Below, piece by piece: positions 36,726 to 46,311 of a stretch of 64,000 bases of DNA. Position 1 is the stretch's first letter. Each line of letters starts with the position of its first letter. This DNA is from an uncultured Polyangiaceae bacterium (GTDB lineage: Bacteria > Acidobacteriota > Thermoanaerobaculia > Multivoradales > JAHEKO01), in contig CAXMQZ010000087.1 in NCBI GenBank assembly GCA_964195975.1, positions 747 to 64,746 of the forward strand. Direction: 5' to 3'. The notes under the pieces are model-generated. The model was not told the DNA's origin, did no database searches, and saw nothing but the letters and a program-made list of their open reading frames with translations. The position numbers were made by a program, and so were the translations under genes.

Positions 36726-39170
36726 TTGAACAGCGCCCATCCATTCAGTTCCCGCCGAGCGGAGTTGGTCCACCTCGTCAATATCGTGGTGGTGGCGCTG
36801 TTTGCGACAACCCCGGTTGTGGCCCATATGCCACCAACGGAGGCCGCCAATCAGGCAAGCCAGGGCGCGATGATCCCCGGGCCCAATTCGACGCCACCCT
36901 TTCTTCGTCGCTATATCGATGTCGACTACGGTGGGAACGGAAAGCCGGGATGGGTCCATGCGGCGGACATGGACAGGGATGGCGACCTCGACATCGTCGC
37001 CGGTGGAGGCTTCGCCCTGTTCATCTATGAGAACGACGGCGAAGAAGGTGGCTGGAAGCGGTTTGGAAATCTCGACGTCTCCAACGCTATCGGTGCCAAC
37101 GGTGGAGAGCTCTATGATGTCGACAACGACGGGCATATCGATGTCGTTTCAGCCAAGTACCAGGACGATGTCGGCTGGTGGAAAAACCCCGGGCCCCCTC
37201 TCAGCAGCACTCCCTGGGATTTTTTCATCATTAGCACCGAGACTCGATACATGCACGACCTGATTCGTGTCGATATCGATGGTGATCAGGTCGCAGAGGA
37301 GTTCATTGCCGACCTGAATCAAGGCTACTGGAACGCCAGGATCACAATCAAATGGTTTCGCCCCGGCACTGATCCCCAACAGGCCTGGGAGCAACACACT
37401 ATCGAGGTCGATCGGCCCGAGGGTTCGCCCCATGGGCACTCGGGTCTCGATCTTGCGGACATCGACGACGACGGCCAATTGGATCTTGCCTATTCCAACG
37501 GCTGGTATAAGGGGCCGGCCGATCCGGCAGGGGTATGGACCTGGTACGAAGTCACAGACGAGTACGGCATCTCGAACACTCTTGCCCGGGATATGGATGA
37601 GGACACCGATCTCGATTTATTGATGGGCGCCGGTCACCATGGTCAGGGAGTCTATTGGTACGAGCAACCTGAGGATCCAATCGCAGGAGTCTGGACCAAG
37701 CACGATATCGACGCCTCGATCCATCACCCGGAGTGTCTACAGACGACCGACGACGGCAACGACGGTGACATCGACGTCGTAACCTGCAACCTCTTTTTTG
37801 GTGAGGATCCCGGAGAGCCCGATTGGTCGGAGGAAGTTCACGACATATTCATGTTTGAGAATCTCCCCGGAAAAAACAACTGGGACATGACCCTGATCAG
37901 CCCCAACTCCTTTCCCAGTCATCAACTACAGCTGAGCGATGTCAATCGGGATGGTCGACTGGATATCTTGAGCGAGTCGGCAGCACACTCGGTCATCAGC
38001 TACTACGAGAACGCCTTTGATCGCCTTCGACTCGACCTCGAAGTCGTCGACGAAACCTACCCGGGGAATGGCCGACCCGGCTGGTCGAGCACCGGGTACA
38101 TCGATGGCGACAACCTTCTCGATGTGATCGCTGGAGGCGGTGGAGCTATTCACTGGTATCGAGCACCCGATTGGACGCGATTCCCTATCGAGGTCATTTC
38201 CACCGCAGGCGGCAACGGGGGTCTCATCATGCAGGTCGACGACGATCCCTATCCCGACGTCGTCGCGGCACTGTTTGACGGCGATCTTGTCTGGTGGCGC
38301 AACCCCGGACCCGGTTCGGTAACCGGAGTTTGGACCCGTCACATCATTGACGGTGCTATCTCCGACTTCAACCACGATCTCGTCATGGGAAACCTAGACG
38401 AGGATCCCGACGAAGAGATCGTTGCCCTTTTTGTCGATGGGGGAGTCTTCTGGTACGACATCCCCGCCGATCCGTTGACCTCGCCGTGGCCCAGGACCAC
38501 CATCCTCAATACGATCAGCGACCCTTTTGTTGGACTGGCAATGTGCAATTTAGACGGTGATTCCGATCTCGACGTCGTGATCTCGAACCGCTGGTATGAA
38601 ACGCCGGCGAACCCCTCGACGCCGAACTGGGTTTCGCACCAACTCTTCAGCCAGAATGTTCAAAACGTCACTTGTGCTCAGGTCAACAGTGACGCCAGGA
38701 TGGATGTCGTCGCAGCCGAAGGATTTGTTCATCCGAATGGTCGTATTCTCTGGTCGGAGTCACCACCCGACCCGCGCAATGATTCCTGGGCTGAACATGT
38801 CATTTTGGATGGGCTTGATGGACCCGAGAACATCTGGGCCGGCGATCTCGATGGCGACGGCGACACCGATATCGTAAGTGGCGAAATGGGAACCTCGACC
38901 GGATGGGACGACTCTGACAGCAACCTTTTTATTCTTTTCGGACGCACCACACCAACTCTCGGTTGGGAGCGTCGAGATCAAGCCTGGAGCGTAGGCGTCA
39001 GCGCGCGGGTCAACCCATCCGATTTCGACACCGATGGCGATATCGACTTCGTCGCCGACGGCAACGCCGAGGGTCACATCTATCTCTGGCGCCATGTCGG
39101 GACCAACGCCTTTTTCAGCGACGGCTTCGAGACCGCCGACATGTCGGCTTGGACAGCCTTCCAACCGTAG
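36726..39170 (+). CDS. FG-GAP/VCBS-repeat beta-propeller protein
   Basis: At least 9 DxDxDGxxD(I/L/V)V repeats, for example DMDRDGDLDIV, DVDNDGHIDVV and DLDGDGDTDIV. Confidence 0.7.
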   Translation: MNSAHPFSSRRAELVHLVNIVVVALFATTPVVAHMPPTEAANQASQGAMIPGPNSTPPFLRRYIDVDYGGNGKPGWVHAADMDRDGDLDIVAGGGFALFIYENDGEEGGWKRFGNLDVSNAIGANGGELYDVDNDGHIDVVSAKYQDDVGWWKNPGPPLSSTPWDFFIISTETRYMHDLIRVDIDGDQVAEEFIADLNQGYWNARITIKWFRPGTDPQQAWEQHTIEVDRPEGSPHGHSGLDLADIDDDGQLDLAYSNGWYKGPADPAGVWTWYEVTDEYGISNTLARDMDEDTDLDLLMGAGHHGQGVYWYEQPEDPIAGVWTKHDIDASIHHPECLQTTDDGNDGDIDVVTCNLFFGEDPGEPDWSEEVHDIFMFENLPGKNNWDMTLISPNSFPSHQLQLSDVNRDGRLDILSESAAHSVISYYENAFDRLRLDLEVVDETYPGNGRPGWSSTGYIDGDNLLDVIAGGGGAIHWYRAPDWTRFPIEVISTAGGNGGLIMQVDDDPYPDVVAALFDGDLVWWRNPGPGSVTGVWTRHIIDGAISDFNHDLVMGNLDEDPDEEIVALFVDGGVFWYDIPADPLTSPWPRTTILNTISDPFVGLAMCNLDGDSDLDVVISNRWYETPANPSTPNWVSHQLFSQNVQNVTCAQVNSDARMDVVAAEGFVHPNGRILWSESPPDPRNDSWAEHVILDGLDGPENIWAGDLDGDGDTDIVSGEMGTSTGWDDSDSNLFILFGRTTPTLGWERRDQAWSVGVSARVNPSDFDTDGDIDFVADGNAEGHIYLWRHVGTNAFFSDGFETADMSAWTAFQP

Positions 39171-39178
39171 ATTGGAAC

Positions 39179-40186
39179 TCAGCGCATACTGTTGAGTCCG
39201 ACAAAGGTGCCACCGTTGCGGCGGCAAAGAATGCGCATGAGGGTGGCAAACCGGACGCCTGTAGTATCGGAGACGCCGGCGACCGTAAAGATAACCGGAA
39301 ATCCGATTGCGTGAATCCTCACCAAACGACTGCCTGATTTGTCGCTCTTGTTGATTCGATCGACGGTTCGCACCACCTCGTCGATGGATCGGCCAGTGAA
39401 CTCGTCACCAAACACGTAGATGCTCACCTTCTTGTCCGGAGCCGCAAAGGTCCTGATGGCTCGCGTAATCCCTTCGACCGGGCTACTGTTGCTAAAAACA
39501 CTCCAGCTGCGCAGGCGATCAAGAATCACTTTCCGGCGTGCCGGTGTATCGGGTATCCACTTTCCGGAGTAGCGCGAGAACATGTACTGGCCCATGTCGT
39601 TCATGACCTGCAAACCCTTGACCGTTGGATAGGCGTCCAGTACCTGCGTCATCTTTTGCTGAACCAGCGGCCAGGCATAGGTAAACATGCTGCCCGAAGT
39701 GTCGATCACGAAGATGATGTACTCGCTATCGACAGGAATTCCTCCGACTAGCTCCTGTTCGATCTTCCGCCTGCCGGTCTGCTGTTGAAGACGGAGCATC
39801 TCGGCTGTGAGATCCTGCTGAGCCGCCTCGAGCCGCCCTGCGATGATCTCACTCACAGCCGAGTCCTGGCTCGATGCGGCAAACTCGCCTTGGATCTCCA
39901 GTAGATCGCCTTTGAGACGTGCGAGCTTCTCCTGCTCTTTCGAGAGTTGTTCGATCCGGCCAGGAAGCTCTCGGTTCAAGATCGTGGTCTCTCCTCGAAT
40001 CTCGAAGAGCTCTTCTTGAAGTTTGGCTATCAACCCATCCAGATCGACTCGTGCCATTTCGATCGCACGGGGCTCGCCGATCTTAGTAAGGACAAGAAGC
40101 AACACAATGGCTCCAAATCCACAACAGATGACGTCCAGGAAGGAGAGACTGAAACCGTCCAGACCAGCCCTGTTTCTTTTTCTCAT
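39179..40186 (-). CDS. ExbD/TolR-like TM anchor + coiled coil + vWA domain protein (paralog 2)
   Basis: The N-terminus SLSFLDVICCGFGAIVLLLVL has an Asp in the ExbD/TolR position. It is followed by a long coiled coil and a vWA motif IIFVIDTSGSM. Confidence 0.6.
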   Translation of the reverse strand: MRKRNRAGLDGFSLSFLDVICCGFGAIVLLLVLTKIGEPRAIEMARVDLDGLIAKLQEELFEIRGETTILNRELPGRIEQLSKEQEKLARLKGDLLEIQGEFAASSQDSAVSEIIAGRLEAAQQDLTAEMLRLQQQTGRRKIEQELVGGIPVDSEYIIFVIDTSGSMFTYAWPLVQQKMTQVLDAYPTVKGLQVMNDMGQYMFSRYSGKWIPDTPARRKVILDRLRSWSVFSNSSPVEGITRAIRTFAAPDKKVSIYVFGDEFTGRSIDEVVRTVDRINKSDKSGSRLVRIHAIGFPVIFTVAGVSDTTGVRFATLMRILCRRNGGTFVGLNSMR

Positions 40187-41307
40187 GGCCAGTCGTCCGA
40201 TGGGCTCAAGAACGACCCTCGCGTGGCCATAGCAAGCCGCCAGAAGGCACTCGATGCTTCGGGGTCTCCCTCCATCGGGAAGAGGATTACGTTGACGGGA
40301 ATGCTCTTGGGTAGCTGATCAAAAGCTCGATTGAACAGCTTGAGTCGCTGTTTGGCGCTGACCTTGTTGGATTTCGGGGGGGTGCGTCCCATCGTAGGTA
40401 GGCCATCGACCAGCAGCACGATATTGTCCGGTTTGGGCTGGAGCGTTGCCACTGATTCGAATGCCCTGTACAGATTGGTACCCTTGTCCGGTGGGGTGAT
40501 CCGGAGGCGCTCGACCGCCTCGTCCAAAAAACCGGGATCGTTGGCTCGCAACCAGGTCCCTTTGGTGTCGGGGATCAAGGATTCAACCCTCTCATTGAAC
40601 GTATAAATCTGAAACTGACTGTCCTCGGGCATTTGGGCCGTTAACCAGTCGACGGTAGCAACAGCCTGACGCCACTTGCCAGACAGAATTTTCTGACGGT
40701 CAGGGAGGTTCCGTCGCCGAATCACATTGACCACAGTAGAGCCCAACATGCTTGCGGAGCTATCCACCAAGATTAGGATCCTGTTTCCACCTACTTTCAA
40801 TCCGGTCAAATACTGACGAGTCCCGTCGCCAATGACCGTGCGGATCTGATCACCTCCTGAGTCTCCTTCGGTCACCGCTAGGGCGGCAAATCGCCGAGTA
40901 CTCTCCTCGAGCGATTTCAAATCGGCCATCAACTTGTTGAGATGCTCCTGCTGCGCAAGACTGAGGTTCTCGTGTGTAGCGAGCTCGACTTGAAGGGCCT
41001 CGATCTCTTCGATGAGCCGTCTAGACAGCCCTTGCGCGATAACTTTTTTCTTGACGATGTCTCGAAGCGAGTTGCGAAGCTCGACGAGTCGCTCATGACC
41101 TTCCAGCACTTCGTAGTCCAGCCGGTCCACTTCGGCCTGCAGGTCTTCGGTCATCCTGTCGGATCTCAGACCCACCGAGGCATTGATCACCATGAACAAG
41201 AGCACCACGGAGCCAAAGCCGCACGTCATCGCATCTAGAAACGACAGGCTGAAGACGCTCGCTTGACCTCTTGACGCTCGTCTAGCCATCGTTCTCCAAC
41301 ACGACAA
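40183..41307 (-). CDS. ExbD/TolR-like TM anchor + coiled coil + vWA domain protein (paralog 1)
   Basis: The N-terminus FSLSFLDAMTCGFGSVVLLF is followed by a coiled coil and the vWA motif ILILVDSSASM. Confidence 0.6.
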   Translation of the reverse strand: MSCWRTMARRASRGQASVFSLSFLDAMTCGFGSVVLLFMVINASVGLRSDRMTEDLQAEVDRLDYEVLEGHERLVELRNSLRDIVKKKVIAQGLSRRLIEEIEALQVELATHENLSLAQQEHLNKLMADLKSLEESTRRFAALAVTEGDSGGDQIRTVIGDGTRQYLTGLKVGGNRILILVDSSASMLGSTVVNVIRRRNLPDRQKILSGKWRQAVATVDWLTAQMPEDSQFQIYTFNERVESLIPDTKGTWLRANDPGFLDEAVERLRITPPDKGTNLYRAFESVATLQPKPDNIVLLVDGLPTMGRTPPKSNKVSAKQRLKLFNRAFDQLPKSIPVNVILFPMEGDPEASSAFWRLAMATRGSFLSPSDDWP

Positions 41308-42691
41308 TCAACGGAATTTCGATACCAGGGCTTCCCAAACCGAGACGATCTCCTGCTTCGGCTTCACAAGTTCCGTCGATCGGTCGGTCGTTGAGGTAGG
41401 TCCCATAGGTACTGTGGTCCTCGATCAGAACCCGATCACCATCTCGGCGGATATGGCAGTGAGATCTCGAGACACCAGTGGTGTCTCCCGTCAGGTTTAC
41501 ACCCCGTTGATCACCAGCCAGGGCCACACCCAACCAGAACGGTTCCTCCCCAATTGGATAGGCGGTGCCACCGTAGACCAGGTGAGTCGGTGGACGCCTC
41601 GCCAGAGTCGGGGCTGTTGTGACGATCGGCTGTTCTCCAGGCTGTGTCGCCACGATATCGACCGTCGGTTTACCCAGTCGAACCACAAAAGGAAGCTCAT
41701 CACCTTCGGCCTCGATTTGGAGGCGATTGACCAGAGCACCAACCGCCGCTGCTCCTTCGGGCAGGACGACGACGTCGGTTCCACTCAGTTCGGCCAACCT
41801 GGATTGCAGCCCTGGAATCGCCGCAGCGCGCGAAGTCAACAGGATCTGCGGCGCGTCTCCTGACGCCGTAAGCGCTCCTGCCAGATTCGAGACTGTTCTG
41901 AGTTGATCTTGCACAGCTGCGATGAACTGACTCCTCGCAACGTCGATCGTATAGATCCGACCTCCATACTCGAGACTCACCTCTGCGACGTCTTCGTCTC
42001 TCAACATGTCCAGCCAAGCCGGCAAGCTGTCGTAGAGAGCCTGCTCGCTGGCTGCGTTGTGCAAAGGGTCGAAACGGGTACTGCGCACAAACTGCCCTGC
42101 GATGAGCTTCGCCCACAGGTCCTGCATCGTGGCAAGACCAACAGCCCCGCTCTCTTGGACCCGCTGGCGGACAAGGCCCGAAGTCTGATCCATCTCGGTC
42201 CAGACAAACCGATGTAGAAGAATCTCCAGATGAAGTATCCGATCGGCGTTCGAGTGACCAGCAACAGATGCGAGCGCGCTATCTACCAGCCCGGAGACAG
42301 GCATCCCGGCGGATCGGGCGATGCCGAGCAGCAGGCCTAGCTGCCAGGTCAGAAACGACCCCGGTACGGCCAGCAACATGCCCTCGACCCCGTCGCCGTC
42401 ACGAGTTGCACTGACAGCCTCCTTCGACAAAGCTTCGAGGTGTCGGTGAACCAGATCCGCCTGAGTGAGCTGTTCGGGGAATGGCCGAGGCAGGGAGTCG
42501 GTACCCAGACTATCCCAGAAGTCATTCAGCGAGCGACGCGGGTTGAGCCGCGCCTGGGCTCTTGCTTCTTGGCCAACAACCACCGATGTGCCGTCCAAGA
42601 GAGCATAACCAGGACTTGGGCCCACGATCAGCCCCTGGCCGTCCGAGATCAAAATGCCCGGGTCGGTAAGCTCGATCGCCAGAATAGACAC
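41282..42691 (-). CDS. Hsp70/actin-fold (possibly catalytically degenerate) protein with C-terminal FHA domain
   Basis: The N-terminus AIELTDPGILIS...VVVGQEARAQARLNPRRSL resembles DnaK GIDLGTTNS...VGQPAKRQAVTNP. The C-terminal FHA signature is GVSRSHCHIRRDGDRVLIEDHSTYGTYLNDRPI. Confidence 0.55.
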   Translation of the reverse strand: MSILAIELTDPGILISDGQGLIVGPSPGYALLDGTSVVVGQEARAQARLNPRRSLNDFWDSLGTDSLPRPFPEQLTQADLVHRHLEALSKEAVSATRDGDGVEGMLLAVPGSFLTWQLGLLLGIARSAGMPVSGLVDSALASVAGHSNADRILHLEILLHRFVWTEMDQTSGLVRQRVQESGAVGLATMQDLWAKLIAGQFVRSTRFDPLHNAASEQALYDSLPAWLDMLRDEDVAEVSLEYGGRIYTIDVARSQFIAAVQDQLRTVSNLAGALTASGDAPQILLTSRAAAIPGLQSRLAELSGTDVVVLPEGAAAVGALVNRLQIEAEGDELPFVVRLGKPTVDIVATQPGEQPIVTTAPTLARRPPTHLVYGGTAYPIGEEPFWLGVALAGDQRGVNLTGDTTGVSRSHCHIRRDGDRVLIEDHSTYGTYLNDRPIDGTCEAEAGDRLGLGSPGIEIPLIVVLENDG

Positions 42692-42741
42692 GACGCTCCC
42701 TTGTCAGACCCGTTGATTCAAAGAGTCCTTCGGTTCCATCT

Positions 42742-43554
42742 TCAGCTTCTTGTCTCCCCGGCTATTTGAAGATGTCGAATGAGGTTTCGGTCGAGATAGT
42801 TCTCCGTTTCCAGCACCAACCTCTCCTGTTGAAGCTGCAGCTGATGCAGCAAGAACATCAACACGATGCTTATGAGTAGAGCGACAAAAGTCGAGTTGAA
42901 CGCTACCCCCAGGCTCTGGGTAACACCTGCAATATCTCCTTCGACCGCCTTGTGGGCCTGACCCAGGGCCTCACCGATTCCCCGCACTGTTCCTAGAAAG
43001 CCTATCGAAGGGATGGCCCAAGCAATATAGCGAACCATCGACAACTCGGAATCCAGTCGCTCTGACTCGGCATTGACGATTGCATGGGCGGTTGTGGAGA
43101 CATCTTGAATGTTGCGCGTGGCACCAAAGCGATCCAATGAAGCCAGCAATGCCCTGGGAAGAAGATAGTACTGTTCTGACTCCGGTAGCGACTGAATCTG
43201 CCGCGCGTACTCTCGCGCATCTTCCGGAAGGATCTTGGTTCCGTCAGCGAGAAGCACCAACTCCTCTTGCAACTGTTTGTGCTCCTTGGCGGTCTCGATT
43301 CCTTTGTACACCATGATCGCAATCGCCCAAAACATCAGGACAAAACAAGCCTCTTGCTCGAAATCTCGAATAACCACCCAGACGGATCGTTCTTGCACAT
43401 AGGATGGGTCGACCTGCATCAGCGCTGTCTGCTCCGCCAGAATCACAGCAGCGCGAGGTCGAACCACAATCACATAGAAAGCGTGGACGACGATCAGCGA
43501 CACCGCTAGCGATAGGGCTTGGTAAACGAACTCGACCGGGTAGTTCTTTTTCAT
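42742..43554 (-). CDS. MotA/TolQ/ExbB-family proton-channel protein
   Basis: Three TM helices with the conserved YIAWAIPSIGFLGTVRGIGEALG and ...STFVALLISI... signature. Confidence 0.75.
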   Translation of the reverse strand: MKKNYPVEFVYQALSLAVSLIVVHAFYVIVVRPRAAVILAEQTALMQVDPSYVQERSVWVVIRDFEQEACFVLMFWAIAIMVYKGIETAKEHKQLQEELVLLADGTKILPEDAREYARQIQSLPESEQYYLLPRALLASLDRFGATRNIQDVSTTAHAIVNAESERLDSELSMVRYIAWAIPSIGFLGTVRGIGEALGQAHKAVEGDIAGVTQSLGVAFNSTFVALLISIVLMFLLHQLQLQQERLVLETENYLDRNLIRHLQIAGETRS

Positions 43555-43567
43555 GAGAGAAGTGGCC

Positions 43568-43843
43568 TCAGATATCCACAGGAAAGGAAACCGAGCTGCC
43601 AGCCGGCAACTTCTCGGTCGGAACAAAAACCTTCAAAGACTCGGTGGGCCGATCTTGCTGTGACTCCTCGTCCCCACTCTCCTCTTCCGGCGCGCCGCTG
43701 GCCTCAGAGTCCGGTTCCTGCTCGGGGGTGGCTTCGACTTGCTCCGATTCTGACCCGGTTTGGGCCACGGACGGAGAGTCCAGCGTCCACAGCCAACCTG
43801 CCATGACTACCGCGGTGAATAGGACAACGACGATCAATTTCAT
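43568..43843 (-). CDS. small TM-anchored acidic, disordered protein (hypothetical)
   Basis: The 91 aa ORF sits between operon genes with 13-14 bp spacers. It has an N-terminal hydrophobic helix followed by an E/S/D-rich region. Confidence 0.35.
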   Translation of the reverse strand: MKLIVVVLFTAVVMAGWLWTLDSPSVAQTGSESEQVEATPEQEPDSEASGAPEEESGDEESQQDRPTESLKVFVPTEKLPAGSSVSFPVDI

Positions 43844-43857
43844 TTATCTCTCCTAGG

Positions 43858-46311
43858 CTATTCAGCAAATCGGGCCACGCGAAAGCCGACATCGGGTCGA
43901 GCTTTGTTGCCATAGTCCCGATAGCTCAGCCTGAGCTCGGTTATTGTCGAATCCATCCAACTCGAACCTCGAATGACACGATAGTCCCCCTCCGCCGGCC
44001 CCAAGGGGTCGACATCAGGTCCTTGCGTCGTCGGTGGCGGTATCGAGTAGTAGTCCTGCACCCACTCGGCGACATTACCGCCCATGTTCTTGACCCCGAC
44101 ATCGTTGGCGTCGAAGCTGTCAACTGGTGCTGTCGCTGGATATCGGTCGTTGTAACCCGAAAGTGTCTTTTGGAGCATCTCAGCTGCCGATTGATCGCCA
44201 TAGTTACCCGATCCTGATGGTACCGGCAACGAATCTCCCCAGGGGAACTTGAGCGCCTGCTGTCGACCAGCAAACCGAGCGGCCCAGGCCCACTCGGCTT
44301 CCGTTGGCAAACGATACCCGGTATTGAACGGTTGCACGAGGACGAATGTGCCACCCTCTCCAGTATAGGCCTTGGGAAGCGAGTCCTGTTCACTCAACCA
44401 GTTGCAAAACCTCACGGCGTCCTCCCAGGTTACTCCAACCACGGGGTGGTCATCTTTTTCCAGACTTGCGCTCTCCGCCCTTCCAGATCGATGACTCGGC
44501 TGAAACTTCTTGAACTGCCGATTGGAGATCTCGCGAGCACCGATGTAGAAAGCTCGTGTAAGCTGAACATCGCGCAGCGTCTCATTGGCCCTGCGGCCCG
44601 GCTCGCGTCGCGACGCGCCCATTCGAAACGAGCCCGGCTCGATCAGCACCAGCTCCTGACCCAGCGAATTACGAAGTGTCGCTGGTGTGGACGCCCTGCG
44701 AACCTCCTCGGGTGTTCTAAGTGTCACCCGAATCTGTTGCGGGAAGCCCGGACGAGGTGTAATGGTCTGCCGAAAGGTCTCGAAACCCTCCTTTTCAACT
44801 ACGATCTCGTGCGGTATGGCTTGCAAACGCAGCGTCTGGTTTGCCCCACCTCTCGATTCGCCATCGACAATGAGCTCTGCATCGGCTGGCCTGCCATCGA
44901 TCTCGATCTCGCCAAATAGGGGTACCAGCTCGACAGTCACCTCGTGTCGTTTTCCGGACACTATTTCGACCGACTCGTTCGAGGCTTCGAAACCCAGCTT
45001 GGATAGACCGATCTCATATGACTTACCTGGCTTGAGCTCCAGCTTCAACGGAGTCTGTCCGGCATATTCGCCATCGATCGACACCGTTGCCTCTCGAGGC
45101 TGACTCGCCAGAACCAAGATTCCATCGCTAGGTTGTAAGACGATTGATGGCAGTGACTGCGGTACATTCGCCTGGACCAGCAGCTGACTCCGATACGATT
45201 TGTACCCTCTCAGACTCACTTCCACCTTTCGACTTCCAGCAGCCACATCGGCTACCACCGGTGTCTTGCCGACCGACATGCCATCAATTTGAATCGTGGC
45301 TCCGGTCGGTTGTGATTTGAATTCGACCGCGGCCCAATTCGGAGTCAAATCAACCGACAAATCGAAGATCGCCCCCGCGCCCTCCACCGGCACCGTAGTC
45401 GAGAACGGGACGTAACTCGGATGAATGATTTCAACAAGGTGGTTGCCCTCCGCCAGCGGCACTGGATCGATTGGTGTTCGGCCGACCGACTTGCCATCGA
45501 CCAGCACCTCTGCGTCACCGCTGGGACGGGCCGTTATGACAAGCAGACCTGGCATCTTCTCTAGCGTGTACTGATAGCTCTGACTAGCCTCACGCGTTAC
45601 TTCGAGTGGTGCTGCCAAAGGAAGATAGCCCTCCTTTTCGAGCCGCACTTGGTATTCGCCCGGGCGAAGAAGATAGCGACCACCCAGCTCGATCTTCAAC
45701 CGAGTTCCGTCGACCGAGACTCGATCCGCCGGCGGATCGCTCGAGATCTCTACAGCCCGGGCGGTAAACAGGAACCAGGCCGCAGAACCCAAAAGCACCA
45801 AACTTGCAAGAACCACTATTCTTGCAAGACTCGGCTTCTTCCTTCTGGCTCGCGTTCGGTCAATCGAAGCCGGCGTAAACTCCACTGGGCTTACTCGCGT
45901 GTCTATCTCATGATCGGCACCCTTTTCCGGCCGAGATCTCGCCTGAACGAGGGGTGGGTCGGTCTTTATCTCAGGGGGTCGATGCGCTATCTCGAAATGA
46001 AAGCCGTTCTCACGTTGGGACACCGAGATCTCACTTTGCCCCAGTCGAAGAATGTCTCCGCTACGCAGCCACTGCGACGCCGATAACGGTGCACCATTAC
46101 AGATCACGACCACATCGCCATCCATGGGTTGGACAAAGAGGTCGCCTCCCTCAAACCCCAGAATGGCCAGCGGTTTGTCGCCGGAATAGCCTGGGATGCG
46201 GATGTCGCTCTCGGGGCCACCTAGATGTAAGGGGAGCTCGTCGGACCGAAACCTGTCCTCTCCATCTGCGTGAACAACCACGATGGCTGTACTCAAATCT
46301 TCTCCTCGCAC
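43858..46311 (-). CDS. FHA - TM - multi-PEGA - FGE-sulfatase (formylglycine-generating-enzyme-like) domain protein
   Basis: An N-terminal FHA domain (..GDILRLGQSEISV..) and one TM helix are followed by at least 5 PEGA-like repeats (..VDGKSVGRTP.., ..IDGMSVGKTP.., ..IDGEYAGQTP..). The C-terminal FGE-sulfatase domain reads RMGAS...HPVVGVTWEDAVRFCNWLS...YRLPTEAEWAWAA...GNVAEWVQD...GFRVARF. Confidence 0.75.
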   Translation of the reverse strand: MRGEDLSTAIVVVHADGEDRFRSDELPLHLGGPESDIRIPGYSGDKPLAILGFEGGDLFVQPMDGDVVVICNGAPLSASQWLRSGDILRLGQSEISVSQRENGFHFEIAHRPPEIKTDPPLVQARSRPEKGADHEIDTRVSPVEFTPASIDRTRARRKKPSLARIVVLASLVLLGSAAWFLFTARAVEISSDPPADRVSVDGTRLKIELGGRYLLRPGEYQVRLEKEGYLPLAAPLEVTREASQSYQYTLEKMPGLLVITARPSGDAEVLVDGKSVGRTPIDPVPLAEGNHLVEIIHPSYVPFSTTVPVEGAGAIFDLSVDLTPNWAAVEFKSQPTGATIQIDGMSVGKTPVVADVAAGSRKVEVSLRGYKSYRSQLLVQANVPQSLPSIVLQPSDGILVLASQPREATVSIDGEYAGQTPLKLELKPGKSYEIGLSKLGFEASNESVEIVSGKRHEVTVELVPLFGEIEIDGRPADAELIVDGESRGGANQTLRLQAIPHEIVVEKEGFETFRQTITPRPGFPQQIRVTLRTPEEVRRASTPATLRNSLGQELVLIEPGSFRMGASRREPGRRANETLRDVQLTRAFYIGAREISNRQFKKFQPSHRSGRAESASLEKDDHPVVGVTWEDAVRFCNWLSEQDSLPKAYTGEGGTFVLVQPFNTGYRLPTEAEWAWAARFAGRQQALKFPWGDSLPVPSGSGNYGDQSAAEMLQKTLSGYNDRYPATAPVDSFDANDVGVKNMGGNVAEWVQDYYSIPPPTTQGPDVDPLGPAEGDYRVIRGSSWMDSTITELRLSYRDYGNKARPDVGFRVARFAE

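Noticed and set aside
43941-44393. 150 aa alternative-frame ORF inside the FHA-PEGA-FGE gene
   Set aside because: It is embedded in a gene with clear domain signatures in another frame.
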